From the human T2T-CHM13v2.0 reference genome, Homo sapiens, in assembly GCF_009914755.1 (NCBI RefSeq), contig NC_060942.1: a DNA stretch of 64,000 nucleotides; one strand, 5' to 3'. This document shows positions 30,156 through 46,955 of this stretch, one piece after another; positions within the stretch are counted from its first letter, which is position 1, and the number at the start of each line of letters is the position of its first letter. Position numbers and translations under genes: made by a program. The notes below the pieces were generated by a model, which was given only the letters and a program-made list of their open reading frames with translations, ran no database searches and had not been told where the DNA came from.

Positions 30156-32189
30156 TATCGCAACTTGACAAACTGTGAACACACACTTTAAATGTGGTTT
30201 TTGTTTTGTTTTCGGTGGTACGGTTTTGAATTCACTGTTCTCTGTTTCAAAGCTCATGTGCTTTCTAGTTTGTCTTTCTGCTTTTCTGAGGGCAAACACT
30301 TGTGTTCGAGGCACAGTGGAGAACAAAGAGACAGCAGCTGGGCCTGGAAGGATGGTTAGACATTTGTTTGGTGACAATGTCAAGAAACGTAAGATCTGCA
30401 GCTCTTTAAACAAACAAAATGTAAAGATATTATGAATTTGTCACTTGAATGAAACATATTTAAAATAATTCAACAAAACTCAAAAAAGAGACATTTTAAA
30501 ATTATACTTTGGTTCTATAATTTTGTTTCTAAAGTGTAAAGAATGTCAGTTCTCTGATAAAATGATCAGAGTTTATCAGAAAATGTGATATTAATCTAGG
30601 AGGAAGAGACATATTTTTGTCAAGTAAAGAAATTTTATAAGAATTTTAGCCATGAATTATTTTTGATTCACAGTCAAGTTGCCTGCCTGCATTAACATAT
30701 CCTGTAAACTCAGTGTCTACGTTTCTAACAGAAAAAATAAAGGTCATTTTTTTGTGCATCCTACTCCCTGTATTTACCAATATAAAGATATATTTGGAGA
30801 AATCTGTGAGAGACTGGAAGATTTTGGAGACAGCAAGAAATACATTTGGATCAAAACAATGGATGTTACATTTGCTGAGCTGGGTCCTGTGTTCCCAGGC
30901 AGACCAAATCAACTTGGCTGCAGCAGAGAGCTCACAATACAAACAGTAATTGAACTGTTAGCTTTGAAATTTCCTCCTGGCAACCCTGAAATTCTGTTTG
31001 GGGCCATGTCACCACTGCTGTGCCTTGGTAGCATTTTATGACACGTTCAATCTTTCACAGATAGTACACTCAGCAGTTCCAAGTCTCAGTTCTCTTATTC
31101 TCGTCCCTCAAATCATTTAGAGGTAAATAGAAATGGAAGTAGAACTGTATCCAAATTATCCTTTGCTTTAGTCAAGAGCTGGGGGGACATAGTGCAGACT
31201 TTATGTTAATTTCTTTGCCCAGATCACACATCTCAGGGAAAAATTGACATAATTAACAGTGCAATAACCTCATTCAACATCGTTAACCTTAGCACATGCA
31301 GTCCACTTCAGTGATTTATGGATAACTTTGAAAATCAACATGATTCAGCCCCTTTCAAATCCTGTGGATTGATTATTGCACAATTACAGCAAGTACATTC
31401 AATAACTGTTATAAATTAAATTTTCCTTTAAACAGATGATTTACTGTGATAGTTCAACAGTGCTGAATTTTTGTTACAATAATTCTGTATTGAACAGTTA
31501 AATGCTACCAAGAAATAAGATGAAAATGTGTGAAAATGCCAATTATAGAAGGATATTTTATAGCTTTATTAAATATGGCCTATACTTCTTCTTGATTTCC
31601 AAAATGATTTATAGTTCTGTGATTTTGTCCCTCATAAAAGAGGCACAATTTTGCATCATTTTGCTTTTGATTTTATGCTTACCTTTCACCCTCTTAACTC
31701 CAAAGCCGTGAAAGGTCTTTAGACTCCTCATTGAGCAAGGAAGGACTCAGGCTAGGACCTAGAATACAGCAGGGAACAAGTGAAGCTGTATTACTTGTTG
31801 ATCGATTCACACATTTACAAGACCTCACAAAAATGCACACAAATAAATGTGATCATGTCTAAGTAAGAGTAGCTTTAAGGGACCTGGCTAAATGTTATTA
31901 CTTACTTGGTACATTTAGAACTTACTATAAAAATCACAGAAATTTAAGCTGTTTCTCCTTCTTTGGAAGAGTACATGTGTTATAGACTTAGGTAATCTAA
32001 AATTGGCACAGGAAAACTCTATGTCAAAGTATTGCAGGCATCATAACCAAAAGAACTAATGTTTATTTATTGTTTTCTTAATCCCCTCATAATTCTTTGT
32101 ATAATATTGTCTTAATTCAAACAGAGGCTTGGGATTCAGACCTAACAAAGGCAATACTTGTTCAAATAAAGACTAAAGACTTAAAAGTA

Positions 32190-33380
32190 TTTAAAAGCAA
32201 TACAAAATCAAAATACAAAAATCAATTTTATGTCTAAACACTCGTAGTTAGCAATCAGAAAGTGAAATTAAGAATTGTTTTTCTATTTACGATAGCACCA
32301 AAACAATAAAATTAATTGCAATAAATTTAACAAAAGAAGTTCAAAACAGGCACACAATAAACTGCAAGCCGTCACTGAGAGAAATTAAAGACCTAAAGAA
32401 ACAGAAATAAATCCATGTTCATTATCAGAAGACAAATTTCTTGAAAATTCTGTACTCCCCAAGTTAATCTACAGACAAAACAAGAGTTTCCATAAAAATC
32501 CCAGCTACATTTTTTAGGTAAAATTTGACGAGGATTTGAAAGTCATTTGACCAAACATTTCTCCAAAGAAGATACACAAGATAAGCACAGGAAAAGATGA
32601 TCAATATCATTACCGTTAAGGAAATGTAAATCAAAACCACAATGAGATATCACTTCACACGCATTAGGATAACTAAAATAAAAAGACAAACAGTACCAAG
32701 TGTTTATGATAATGTAGAAGAAACTGGAACCCTCCTATATTTGGGGCAGATAAATACAATGGTGCAATGACTTTGAAAAATCAGTTGGCATTTCATCAAA
32801 ATGTTAAACATAGTTGCCATATGACCCAGAAATTCCACTCTTAGGTATTCCACTTCCAAAATAAAAACTTAGGTCCACATGAAAACATGGACATGAATGT
32901 TTATATGAGCATTATTCATAATAGCCAAACAGTGGAAAAAAACAAATTTCCGTCAACTGATGAAAGAATAAGCAAAATGTGGTACAGTAATGTGGATTAT
33001 ACTTGGCAACAGAAAGGAATAGAATATTGATACATGTTACAACATGTATAAACCTTGAAAGCAATATGCTAAATGATAAAAGCCAAGCACAAAAGTTCAC
33101 ATCTTATATGATGTCCAAATATCCAGAATAGGCAAATCCATAAATACAGGAAGAGAATTAGTGTATTCAGGTGCTTGGGGTTAGGGGAGAATTCGGAATA
33201 GCTGCTAATAAGTACAGAGGTTCTTTTGGTGATGAAGAAAGTGCTGTAAAATTAGATAGTGATGATGGTTGCACAGCTCTCTGAATAAACTAGAAACAAT
33301 AATTGTGCACTTTAAAAAGGTGAGTATTATAACAGTAAATTATACTGCAACACAACTGTTATTTAAGAAAAAAATTTTTT
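32190..33380 (+). mobile_element. Old L1 (L1M/L1MB-like) fragments
   Basis: ORF2-end and 3'UTR motifs (aaaaccacaatgagatatcacttcac; atgacccagaaattccactc). Confidence 0.7.
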
Positions 33381-34692
33381 TTAAATTTTCTTATGAAAGA
33401 AAGTCCAATTTTGTACTTAGCTAAAATGGCAGTACAGAAAAAAGATCAAGTACTTAAAAGTATGTAAAAATGACAAAACAAATAAAAAAGCACTTTACCA
33501 TGCCTATATATGAACACTAGCATACAGATTTCCTATTAACAAAAATGTTACCTTTTATAGGGTAATTAAGAAGTGGGTTTCCTGGGTCATATAATAAATA
33601 CATGTTTAACTTTATAAAAAATTGCCAAACCATTTTACAGTGGCTGTACAATTTTAAATTCCCACAGCAAAGCATGAGTGTTCACATTGCTTTATATCTT
33701 TTCTGACACTTGGAATTTTTAGTCCTTTTTATTTCAGTTCTTCTAATACATGTAAGGTGGTATCCCGTTGTGGCTTTAATCTGAATTTATCTAATGGCCT
33801 TTTTAAAAATTTTTCAAGAACTAGAGAAGACTGAACATTTTTATTTATGGAATGTTGGGAACAATAGAAGGTTCTTAAGCAGATAATAGGATATAGCATA
33901 TACATAGATGTCAAGACAAGTTTCAGTTTGTGCTTTCTTTAGCTCCCATTACAACCCATCTCTTTAATTAAAGTTTGCTGACACATCCCAGAATTTGGCA
34001 TAATCCTTTCCAGTCTTGGCTCAAATAAAATAATCTGTGAAGATTTTAAGTGACTGAGCTGCTGGGATCAGTGCAGGATCTACTGACATGGGTTCTCCAG
34101 GGCTTTGCCATGCTTGATGTTTTTGCAAAGACTGCCATTGCAGAGGCAGGATTGGGAACACTAACTAGAATTCAGCAGGTCTGGAGTCCAAGAGGGTCTC
34201 CAAAATAGTCACTACCTAAGCCAATGCAAACTCCTCCTGCCTCCAACCACCGTGACAACTGAACACTGGGTAACCTACATAAAGTCTCCTTCTCTGTTAA
34301 GAGGGATGCCTATGTGTTCTTATAGCCCTTCATTCATTGCCTGAATTGTCACTCATATGCATGCTACATAATTGTATAAATAATTCTAAATGAGTTGAAA
34401 AATAGAATATGAATTGTATTTAATTTGCCAAATGCTTGATGAAATTAAGCAGAAATGCAACTTTGATGGTGTTTTCTTTACTCCTTTACAAAATGGAAGG
34501 AAGAAAATCTTATTTTCAGGTGATCTGACACCAATAGAGAAATAAGAACCATCATAAAGACCTCATCATGGCCATAATTTATAATTTCTGTAACCTCAAA
34601 TTATCAGAATTTCTACTTCCAAGCAGAACCATATCTTACCCAACACAGAGCTGCTTTGTCCATGCATACCATGACCATAAACATGGACATAT

Positions 34693-34953
34693 TGTGCTTT
34701 GGGAGGCTGAGGCAGGAGGACTGCTTGAGGCCAGGAGTTTGAGACCAACCTGAGCAACATAATGATATCCTGTCTCCACAAAAAGTAATAATAGTTAAAA
34801 AAACAAAAAAAGTCTCAGCCCTCAGCCACTGGAGACACTGAGACAGAAGGATTACTTGAGCCCAGAAATTTGAGTTTACAATGAGCTTTGATTACACCAC
34901 AGAACTCCAGCCTGGGTGACAGAGGTAACTTGTCTCAAAAAAAAAAAAAAAAA
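34693..34953 (+). mobile_element. Alu (AluJ-like, diverged)
   Basis: ctttgggaggctgaggcaggaggactgcttgaggccaggag...poly(A). Confidence 0.88.
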
Positions 34954-35849
34954 GGAGATATTCCATGTTAACCACTGCCATCTCCTTTCCTATTATCAAT
35001 TATCATAGATTATCCAGACATAATATTTTATTAAGTATGAAATTTCATAGTCAGAAATTTGTGTTGCACGATGTAATTTGTTTAACCTTCTTATATTTTA
35101 ACTTTCTTTGGTATCTTATTTTTTACATTAGCAAATAATGTAAGCTTGAAAATTTAAAGTATTTTTGCCTCTTCCAAGTAAAAACTAATTATCCTAGGAT
35201 TCTACATCCATTTTCGTTCTTCTTTTCATATTTATTCTGAGGGTAATCTCATTAGAGGTAGAAATAATATTTAATAACACTGCTATGGGGGGCAGTAGAA
35301 AGCAAATAATTCAGGCTCTGCTCTTTCTGCATAACCTGAACCCCTCTGTTTTGTATTGGCAGGTAATGTGAATGCCTTCACTTGGATGTGCCTCCTATTA
35401 CTGAAGAACCCCTCATGATGTGTCCTTGTGTCATTCAGCACTTCCACAGACCTCTTTGGAAGTCTCAGCTGCTTTCCCCGCACCACACTAGGGGTGCTGG
35501 TTTTAAAACCAAGATTTAAAACATAACAAAATACACAACAGCTTTGGTTTTTGGGCCCTCCCCTAGGCCAGTTGGGACTTTTCTGTTCTCTCCATTCGCC
35601 ATTCTGCCTTCAGTTTTATCCTAGTTTGTGATGGAGGAATGGATAAGGTATTGGGTGATTCTTCTGTGTCTGAGCTTTACTCATTTTCAATCCCTTTTAC
35701 AGCCCATCCTCTGGCCCAGAAGAGGTTTGTTTCTGCCCTTTTTTATCACATGACCTAACTTTATTTCAGACTTTTTGGTCCATACTATCAATTCTATACC
35801 CTGAGTACTCCAGACTTCTCTGAACTGTATAATTACTGCCAATTGAAAG

Positions 35850-37300
35850 TGCTTTGACTGAATTCATGGTATCCCATTGCAAGACTTCCCATAAAGCTAC
35901 ACTAATCAAGCAAAAGGATACTTTCAAAAGGATAGGCACTTAGATCACTAGAGAAGAATATAGTCTAGAAATAAACCTACGCAAGTATAGTAAATTAATT
36001 TTTGACAAAGATGCAAAGATAGATATATTAATTGAGAAATAAGAGGTACCCAAAAAGGGATCTTGATCCATATCTCACAATGTGTGCAAAAACAAACTCA
36101 AACGAGTCATAAATCTAAGTGAAAAATAAAAGATTATAAAACTTTTAGAAGAAAATCTAGAAAAAAGACTCTAGGTCAGACAAAAAAAAATTATTAGTAG
36201 AATCTCCCCCAGATTTAGGCCTCATAACAATTAAAAACTTCAGCTCTGTGAAAACACTGTTAGAAAAAAAAGAAAAAAGTAAGAAAACACTGTCAGAATG
36301 AGAAGACAAGCCACTTACTGGAGAAAATATTTTGCAAATACTGTTTTTGACAAAAACTTGTATACAGATTATGTAAGAACTTTCAAAACTCAACAATAAG
36401 AAAAGAAGCAACCTGATGTTTAAAAATAAGCAAAAGATTTTGGCCTGATTCATCCAAGATGACATATGGATAGGAATAAGGTTATGAAAATATGCTTATT
36501 TTTAACAGATTCATCAAAGAAGACATATGGATGGCAATAAAAGTATGAAAATATGCTCAACATATTTATTAATTAGCTCAAAACATTAAAACCACTGCAT
36601 AGTTAGTAGAATAAAAAATAAATTGGCAATACTAAGAACTGACAAGAATGCAGACCAATTGTAACTCTCACATGCTGCTGGTGGGAGTGCAAAATAGTGC
36701 AGCTCTATTGGAAAGCAGTTCGAACTTTTCTTATAAAGTTAAGCATATACTTACTATATGACCCAGAAATCCCATTTTTTTGATATTTAGCTAATTAGAA
36801 TAAACAGCTCTGTTTATGTAAATCCTGCACACAAATGTTAGTTTATCACAGCTTTATTTCTCATCACAGAAAACCTGGAAACAACCCAAATATTCTTCAA
36901 CCAGTAAAAGGATAAACAAATTATGGTACATATGCCATTGTATACTCTCAGCAGGACATACTATTGATTCCTGGAACAACATGGATGACTCTCAAATGCA
37001 TTTTGCTAAGTGAAAGAATTAGATGTGAACAATTACATACTGTCTGATTATATTATATGAAATTCTGGAAAAGGCAAAGTTATAGGGACAGGTATCAGAT
37101 AAGTGGATTCCGGGGGCTAGGGGTCGAGGGTAAACGGCTGTATCTAAAGGGGCAGCCTGAAGAAATTTGGGGGTTGATGGAACTATTCTGTATCAGGACT
37201 GGGGCAACAGATACATTACTCTATGTCTTTGTCAAAGCCCATAGAACTGTACTCCACAAAGTAAATTTCACTGTTTTAATTTTTAAAATTAAATAAAAAA
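35850..37300 (+). mobile_element. Old L1 (L1MC/MD-like) with a ~60-bp internal tandem duplication
   Basis: L1 ORF2/3'UTR-like text; gattcatc(c/a)aaga(t/a)gacatatggat at about 36447 and 36508. Confidence 0.65.
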
Positions 37301-37510
37301 CACGTTGGAAAATTCAAAGAAGTGACTACTTTGTCCTAGGCTGCACTGTCCCTCTCTCTGAAGTAATATAATGACTTAATTCATTGGTTAGAGGGTTAAC
37401 TATAGACACCAAAATTTACAAAATAACGTATACCGGTGAATATTTCAAATATATTATCCTGTTGCAATGTTACTGAAGTGTGGGGATTCTCCATGCTTAT
37501 AGTGCATTTC

Positions 37511-38382
37511 TGTAATTTTATATTGCCTCAGCATCGATTTTAAATATAAGTTTCACTTTCTCATGCCAGAGGCAGGACTTCTCCATCCTTGACAATTTCT
37601 AGTTCTCCACCACCTCCCAGTTCCTCAGTGTGACTGATACAGATATCTGCCTTACACAACTGCCTCCTGGTGACCACTTCCCTATGGGACAGGAAGATAC
37701 AACCTCACTGACCCCCATGCTCAGCAAGGGTTGCACAGATACGCCACAGTGACCACGTCTCAGTCACAGCATGACTCCGGAGAACTCATGCCTGCTTGTT
37801 ATAAACCCACCAATTAGAAGTCCCTGAGGGAAACCTGCTTGGGTAATGCCCAGGACCCCAATAAAGGCTTTAGCCCATAGGACCCACGCTCTTTCTCTTT
37901 TACTTTCCACCTGGTGGTTCAGCAGGCATGTCCCTGATGGCCCTCCCTGCGCTCCATTGGTCCTACGAGTTATGCAGTCCTTTACTTTCTGGTAGCTGTA
38001 AATAATAAGCTGCTTCTGTTATTTTAAGTGTTCTGTTGAGTTGCCTCTTCGTGTCTCACCTGACTGACATAAAGAGAACCTAACTTCTTTCCTGGTTAGG
38101 GCTCTCCTGGAGAGTGGATATTTTGGTAGGAATAAACTGGACATAGATCAGACAAGACCCACGAAGATCCCTGCCAGTGTATACAAGTTTCCTTTGAGAA
38201 GAGCACCTGGTCACAGGTCACACACATAGGCATCGGGCCACGTGCTTGGATAACAAGTATCCAGTGAAAGGCATACTGGAAGCATCCATGACCAAATCCC
38301 TGGAGCCCCATCAAGGCAGGGATAGAGATCATAGCCACTCTCCAGAGACAGAGACCCCAACATCAAATTAGAGGAAAATACA
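37511..38382 (+). mobile_element. ERV-type solo LTR (subfamily not assigned)
   Basis: tgtaatttta...gaggaaaataca ends; internal TATA-like (tataaa, about 37800) and AATAAA (37860). Confidence 0.6.
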
Positions 38383-41037
38383 GTTGTTATAGTTATTACA
38401 CCATACGTTTTCATTGTCATGGCTTATAACATAAACAGACTTTATGTTTACCATGTACCATAGGTAGAAACTCCAAGATGACTAACATGTTAGAATCCAA
38501 AAATTCATGATAGATTTCTCCAGAAAGTTCTCCAAGAATGGGGTTTAGATGCTGTTTCCATTGTGTTCAAGGCATAGCTGTTTGTAATTACTTATATTGC
38601 TGAGCATGAACTTTACAATGATCTATTGATATACAGATATTCCATCACAGTAGAATCATTAATGATAAAATATATGGAAAGCAATAAATGAAGCTGCTCA
38701 TTAGACATAAATGAAGGAGAGAGAGTAAGAGAAAAGTGGTTTTACAGATATGACGAAAAGTGTCCGATAGTTTACAAACAAGAGCCACATGGAAAATTTC
38801 ACATCTGTTTTGGCAGAAGATCTTGAAGTATGAAAATAACTGAGTTACAAAAATCTAGGAGAAATTAGTGTCAGTAGGATCCCATTTCATGGACTTCTGA
38901 CTGATTCTTCTCAGGGAAGGGAAAATAGACAAGCTCATATCGGTGCCTCTTTCCTTAATTTCAAATGACTGGTCAATCATTGGGCCTTCTATGGTTGTTG
39001 CCATGACAACAAAAAAGTAGAAAGAGAGAAACTAATAACCATGGCTTTTAAGAAACACAATTACATATTTTGTAATAAGATGAACCTAACAGAAAATGGC
39101 AGTGCAACATGTTGCTCCAAAAGACTCAATTTGAGTACGCCTTTAAAGTAAGTTGTCTTTCTAACCATCCCATCAAGTGTTATGATATCAAACCCTAGTG
39201 AACAACTTGCCCTTGATCCAATGATCCTCCTAGGCTCTTGTTTCTTTGGGCTACAAAAATTCCTACCATGTTCTTCACTGAGAAGCTACTGTCATGCTCA
39301 GTACACAATTATTACCAGTTTGATGGTTTTGTTTACCTAAAGCAGAAGAGAAAGCTCTTGCTCAGTTGGCTTTTGGAGACAGTCATCTGAGCTATGACTC
39401 CTGTCTTTACATATATATTCCCACTACTGGTTTAGACCACTCATAAGAATTTCTTCCCAAATCATAATTCCTCTTTTAATATTTTTCTTATATTCCACTC
39501 TACAATGACAGAGACTATTTCTGGAATTTCACTTTGTAACTAGTGCCAATAACATGACCATCAAAAATATAATTCACATATGTTCACTGATAGTACTGAA
39601 TACATTGCATTGAAATGATATGCTTGGCTATCTGCTTCTCTCACGAGACAATAATTGCTTCTGGGTTGGGGATGGTGTTTTACTCTATTTCTGGTAATAA
39701 CAGGAGTATAGTGATGCCTAGTATATCCATGAATATCATGTGCTCAGTTATATAAAGGTAATGCTTCAAGGTTTGATAATAATATAGGATGATAAAATTT
39801 AGAATTGTAGAGAATAGTTATTCTCTGTATTTCTTTATACAACAGGTGACATTTCTCATCTCCTGTTCATGGTAAAGAAGATAAATGGTAAAGAATGTGT
39901 GATAGTCTAATACAAAGAACATACAGTACATAAACTACACTTATAGCATAATTACATGTAATCAGAGGCAAATTGTGGTTCTTTCATTAATTGGCTATGG
40001 CCCTAAAGAAGTCATGTAATATACTGAATTCCACGGTTTTAAGTGGGTGTATAATTAGGAAGCAAAACCAGAATTTTAAAATATAATGACTTTGACTACC
40101 TTTAACACATTATGGTGCCAAGGTTTTAATGACATTCTCCTCAATCATTTAGCAGTTTTCTGCTGTACTCAATTAGACAAAGATTACTTGGCTGAGGCTC
40201 AGTGCTTTGGGTGTTCTGACCTTGATTTCCTGTTGGTAGTTCTTTAACTCTGGGTCATGATACTTGTATGTTGGTCAAGTCCAGTGTTTTTTTTCCGGAG
40301 CAATTGTTAAAAGTACAAATGCATGGACTCCCCAAAGACAAACTAAGTCAGAATTTTTAAGAGTGTGATCATAATATTATTTTTTAAAGTATTGCTACTG
40401 GATTAAAAATGCACTTAAAGTTGAATCACTGGTTTATATGCCAATAAAGTTAAATAGAAAAGTCTGACCTCCTTGAGCTCTATCCCCAGAATAGCCATCA
40501 AGGAATCGGCTACTTTCTAGAGACAATAAATTTAGTTTTACATATACATATACATATATGGGTGTGTGTGTGTGTGTGTGTCTTCACTATTTTAGTAAAT
40601 GTTATGTTGTGAAAATTAAATATAATAATCAAATTATATAGACTTAAGCTTTAATGGATATTTCAATGAAAAGCTCCTTCCATATTATAATTTTGTAGAT
40701 AAATGCAAATTAAAGTAGTTTAACATAAATATAAATGAAGAATTAAAATGCAAATGCAATAATATATAAGTAAACATTTTCAAAGAATGTACATATTTAG
40801 ATCAAAAGAAGTCACCATACTACACATTTATTGGATACAACATTTTGTTTTTCCACAACAACTGATGAAAGATTAAATATTTACTTTGAGCTTAAGTAAA
40901 GTATCCAAATGACCAAAAGAGGTTTTTGTCTGGGCGATGAATATGTTAACACTATGATCTATGAAATTTGGATACAGGTTTTAGATAGAAAATATATGCT
41001 GTTGAAGAAAGCCATCTAATGTCTAGAGAAGCAATTA

Positions 41038-41832
41038 CAGATGATCTCTGACTTATGAAGTTTCTGCTTATAATTTTTTGACTCTATGATAATACAAAAA
41101 TAATACAAATTCAGAAAAAAACAAACTTCAAATTTTGAATTTTGTTCTTTTGCTGTGCTAGCGATATGCAATGCCATCCTTTTGTTCAATGCTGGAAAAC
41201 AAGCCCACAGCTCCCAGTCAGCTCCGCAATCAGGAGGGTCAATAATCAATACTCTGCTGGGTACTGTGTTGCCAGATGATTTTGCCCGATTATAGGCTAA
41301 TATAAGCACTCTGAGCACTTTTAAGGTAGACTAGGCAGCGCTGTGATGTTCAGTAGGCTAGGTATATTAAATGTATTTTCCAATTATGATATTTTCAATT
41401 TACTATGGATTTATTGGGATACAACCCCATTGTTAAGTAGAGGAATGTATTATTTCATTCTCATGCTGCTAATAAAGACATAACCGAGACTGGGTAATTT
41501 ATAAAGGAAAGAGGTTTAATTGACTCAGTTCATCATGGTGGGGGAGGCCTCAAGAAACTTACAATCATGGTGGAAGAGGAAGCAAACACGTCCTTCTTCA
41601 CATGGTGGCAGCAAGAAGTGCAGAGCGAAAGGGAGAAAAGCCCCTTATAGAACCATCAGATCTCATGAGAACTCATTCACAATCATGAGAACAGCAACAT
41701 GGGAGTAACCGCTCCGGTGATTCAATTACCTCCCGCTGCCAGATCCCTCCCAGGACACATGGGGAGTATGGGAACCACAATTCAAGATGAGATTTGGGTG
41801 TGGACATAGCCAAACCATATCGAGGAACATCT
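41038..41832. mobile_element. Tigger5/MER47-like DNA transposon interrupted by THE1
   Basis: Ends ta-cagatgatctctgactta... and ...ttaagtagaggaa[THE1]catctg-ta. Confidence 0.6.
41446..41822 (-). mobile_element. THE1 MaLR solo LTR
   Basis: THE1 motifs; 5-bp TSD aggaa at 41441-41445 and 41823-41827. Confidence 0.92.
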
Positions 41833-41922
41833 GTATTCATTCCTGAATGAAAATTGCTGAATCTGTTTTAATCATATCTCTCCCTGAGCAAAAAGAAACA
41901 TGCAATTTAGAACTATAGAATG

Positions 41923-42228
41923 CAATCATTTCTCAGTATGTGAGGAAGATTGATTCCAGGACACCCATGAACAACAAAATCTGAGGTTGCTCAGGTTCCT
42001 TATATAAAGTGGTGTTGTATTTGCATACAACCTATATACATTCTTTTGTATACTTTAAATAAGCTCAAGAGTACTTATGATACCTAAAACAATGTAAATG
42101 TTACATAAATAGTTGTTATACTCTGTTGTTTTTTTTGTTGTTGTTGTTTTATTTTTCATTTAAAAAAATGTTTTCATTCCATGGTTGGTTGAATCTGAGG
42201 ATGCTTTGCAGATACAGAGGGCCAACTA
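41923..42228. mobile_element. MER2 (Tigger family) DNA transposon
   Basis: gattccaggacaccc...gtatttgcatacaaccta...gatacagagggccaact. Confidence 0.7.
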
Positions 42229-43019
42229 TATAAGCAAAAATCATTTTAAGGATACTTAAAGATCTAATGTAAATGACTTATATTTTAGTTAAAGAGCTTA
42301 TTTTATTTCTCCATAGCCCATGGATGGCATCAACTAAATTGAGAAAACATAAAGCCAGCTACATAAAAGAACCAACAAGAGATTGATCTATTTGAGTTCA
42401 GAGAAAGAATAAGAAACTGGTAACAGCCCCTTCTCTCTAGAACTCCATTCAATGGGTAAACTTGGGGTTGAGTTTTCTCTCCCTCTCCATGGACAAGGAA
42501 AACAACCAAAGAGTTAATAAGTTTTCCTAGACCAGGACTCAGCTGTAAGGGAATCAACTTTCTTGTCTGAGAAGAGCTGAAGAAGTGGTGTGAGGTTTTC
42601 TGAGATTACCTAACAGAACATTATTTGGTGATAGTTACACTAAAAGCCAAGACTTTACCACTATACAATATATCCATGTAACAAAACTGACCATGTACCC
42701 CTTAAGATTATACAAATAAAATTTTTAAAAAGAAAAAAACTTGTAACAATTTAATATTGTGCCTTGATAAAAGAAATACTTGTATGAAATTTTTGACTTC
42801 CAAAAATATACGACTTCTATGTTGCTGACATAAGTTTAATATTAAATTTATATTACTATTTAAGAAATTGAAATCCTCTTACCAAATTGAGTATTTCCCA
42901 GATAATCTGAATAACTAAAACAAACCTCTAGGAAAATGATCCATAAAACCATAGAAGTACAAGTTAGCCCCTGCAATGAAAAGGTGCCTCAAATACAGAT
43001 TCTAAAGATATTTAAAGTT

Positions 43020-43342
<323 letters not shown>

Positions 43343-43458
43343 TATGATTTTTTATATTATAATAAAATTCAAAGAAAAAAACGGATGCCAGTAATTTTTA
43401 AAAGTATCTTACCATAATTTTCTCAAGAAGAAAAGAAAATTAGAAGAAAGTAAAAAAC

Positions 43459-46438
<2,980 letters not shown>

Positions 46439-46614
46439 ACAGAAGTTGATTAAGTAACTTTATTGCCCTGCCAAGAGGAACATATATCAGGTCCTGGTGG
46501 TTTTACAGATGGGTTTTACACACCCTGAAGGAAGAGATAATCCCAACTTGATAGAAACTATACTTTAAAACAGCATGTAAAAAAAGAAATCTTACAATCC
46601 ATTTTACGTATCTA

Positions 46615-46955
<341 letters not shown>

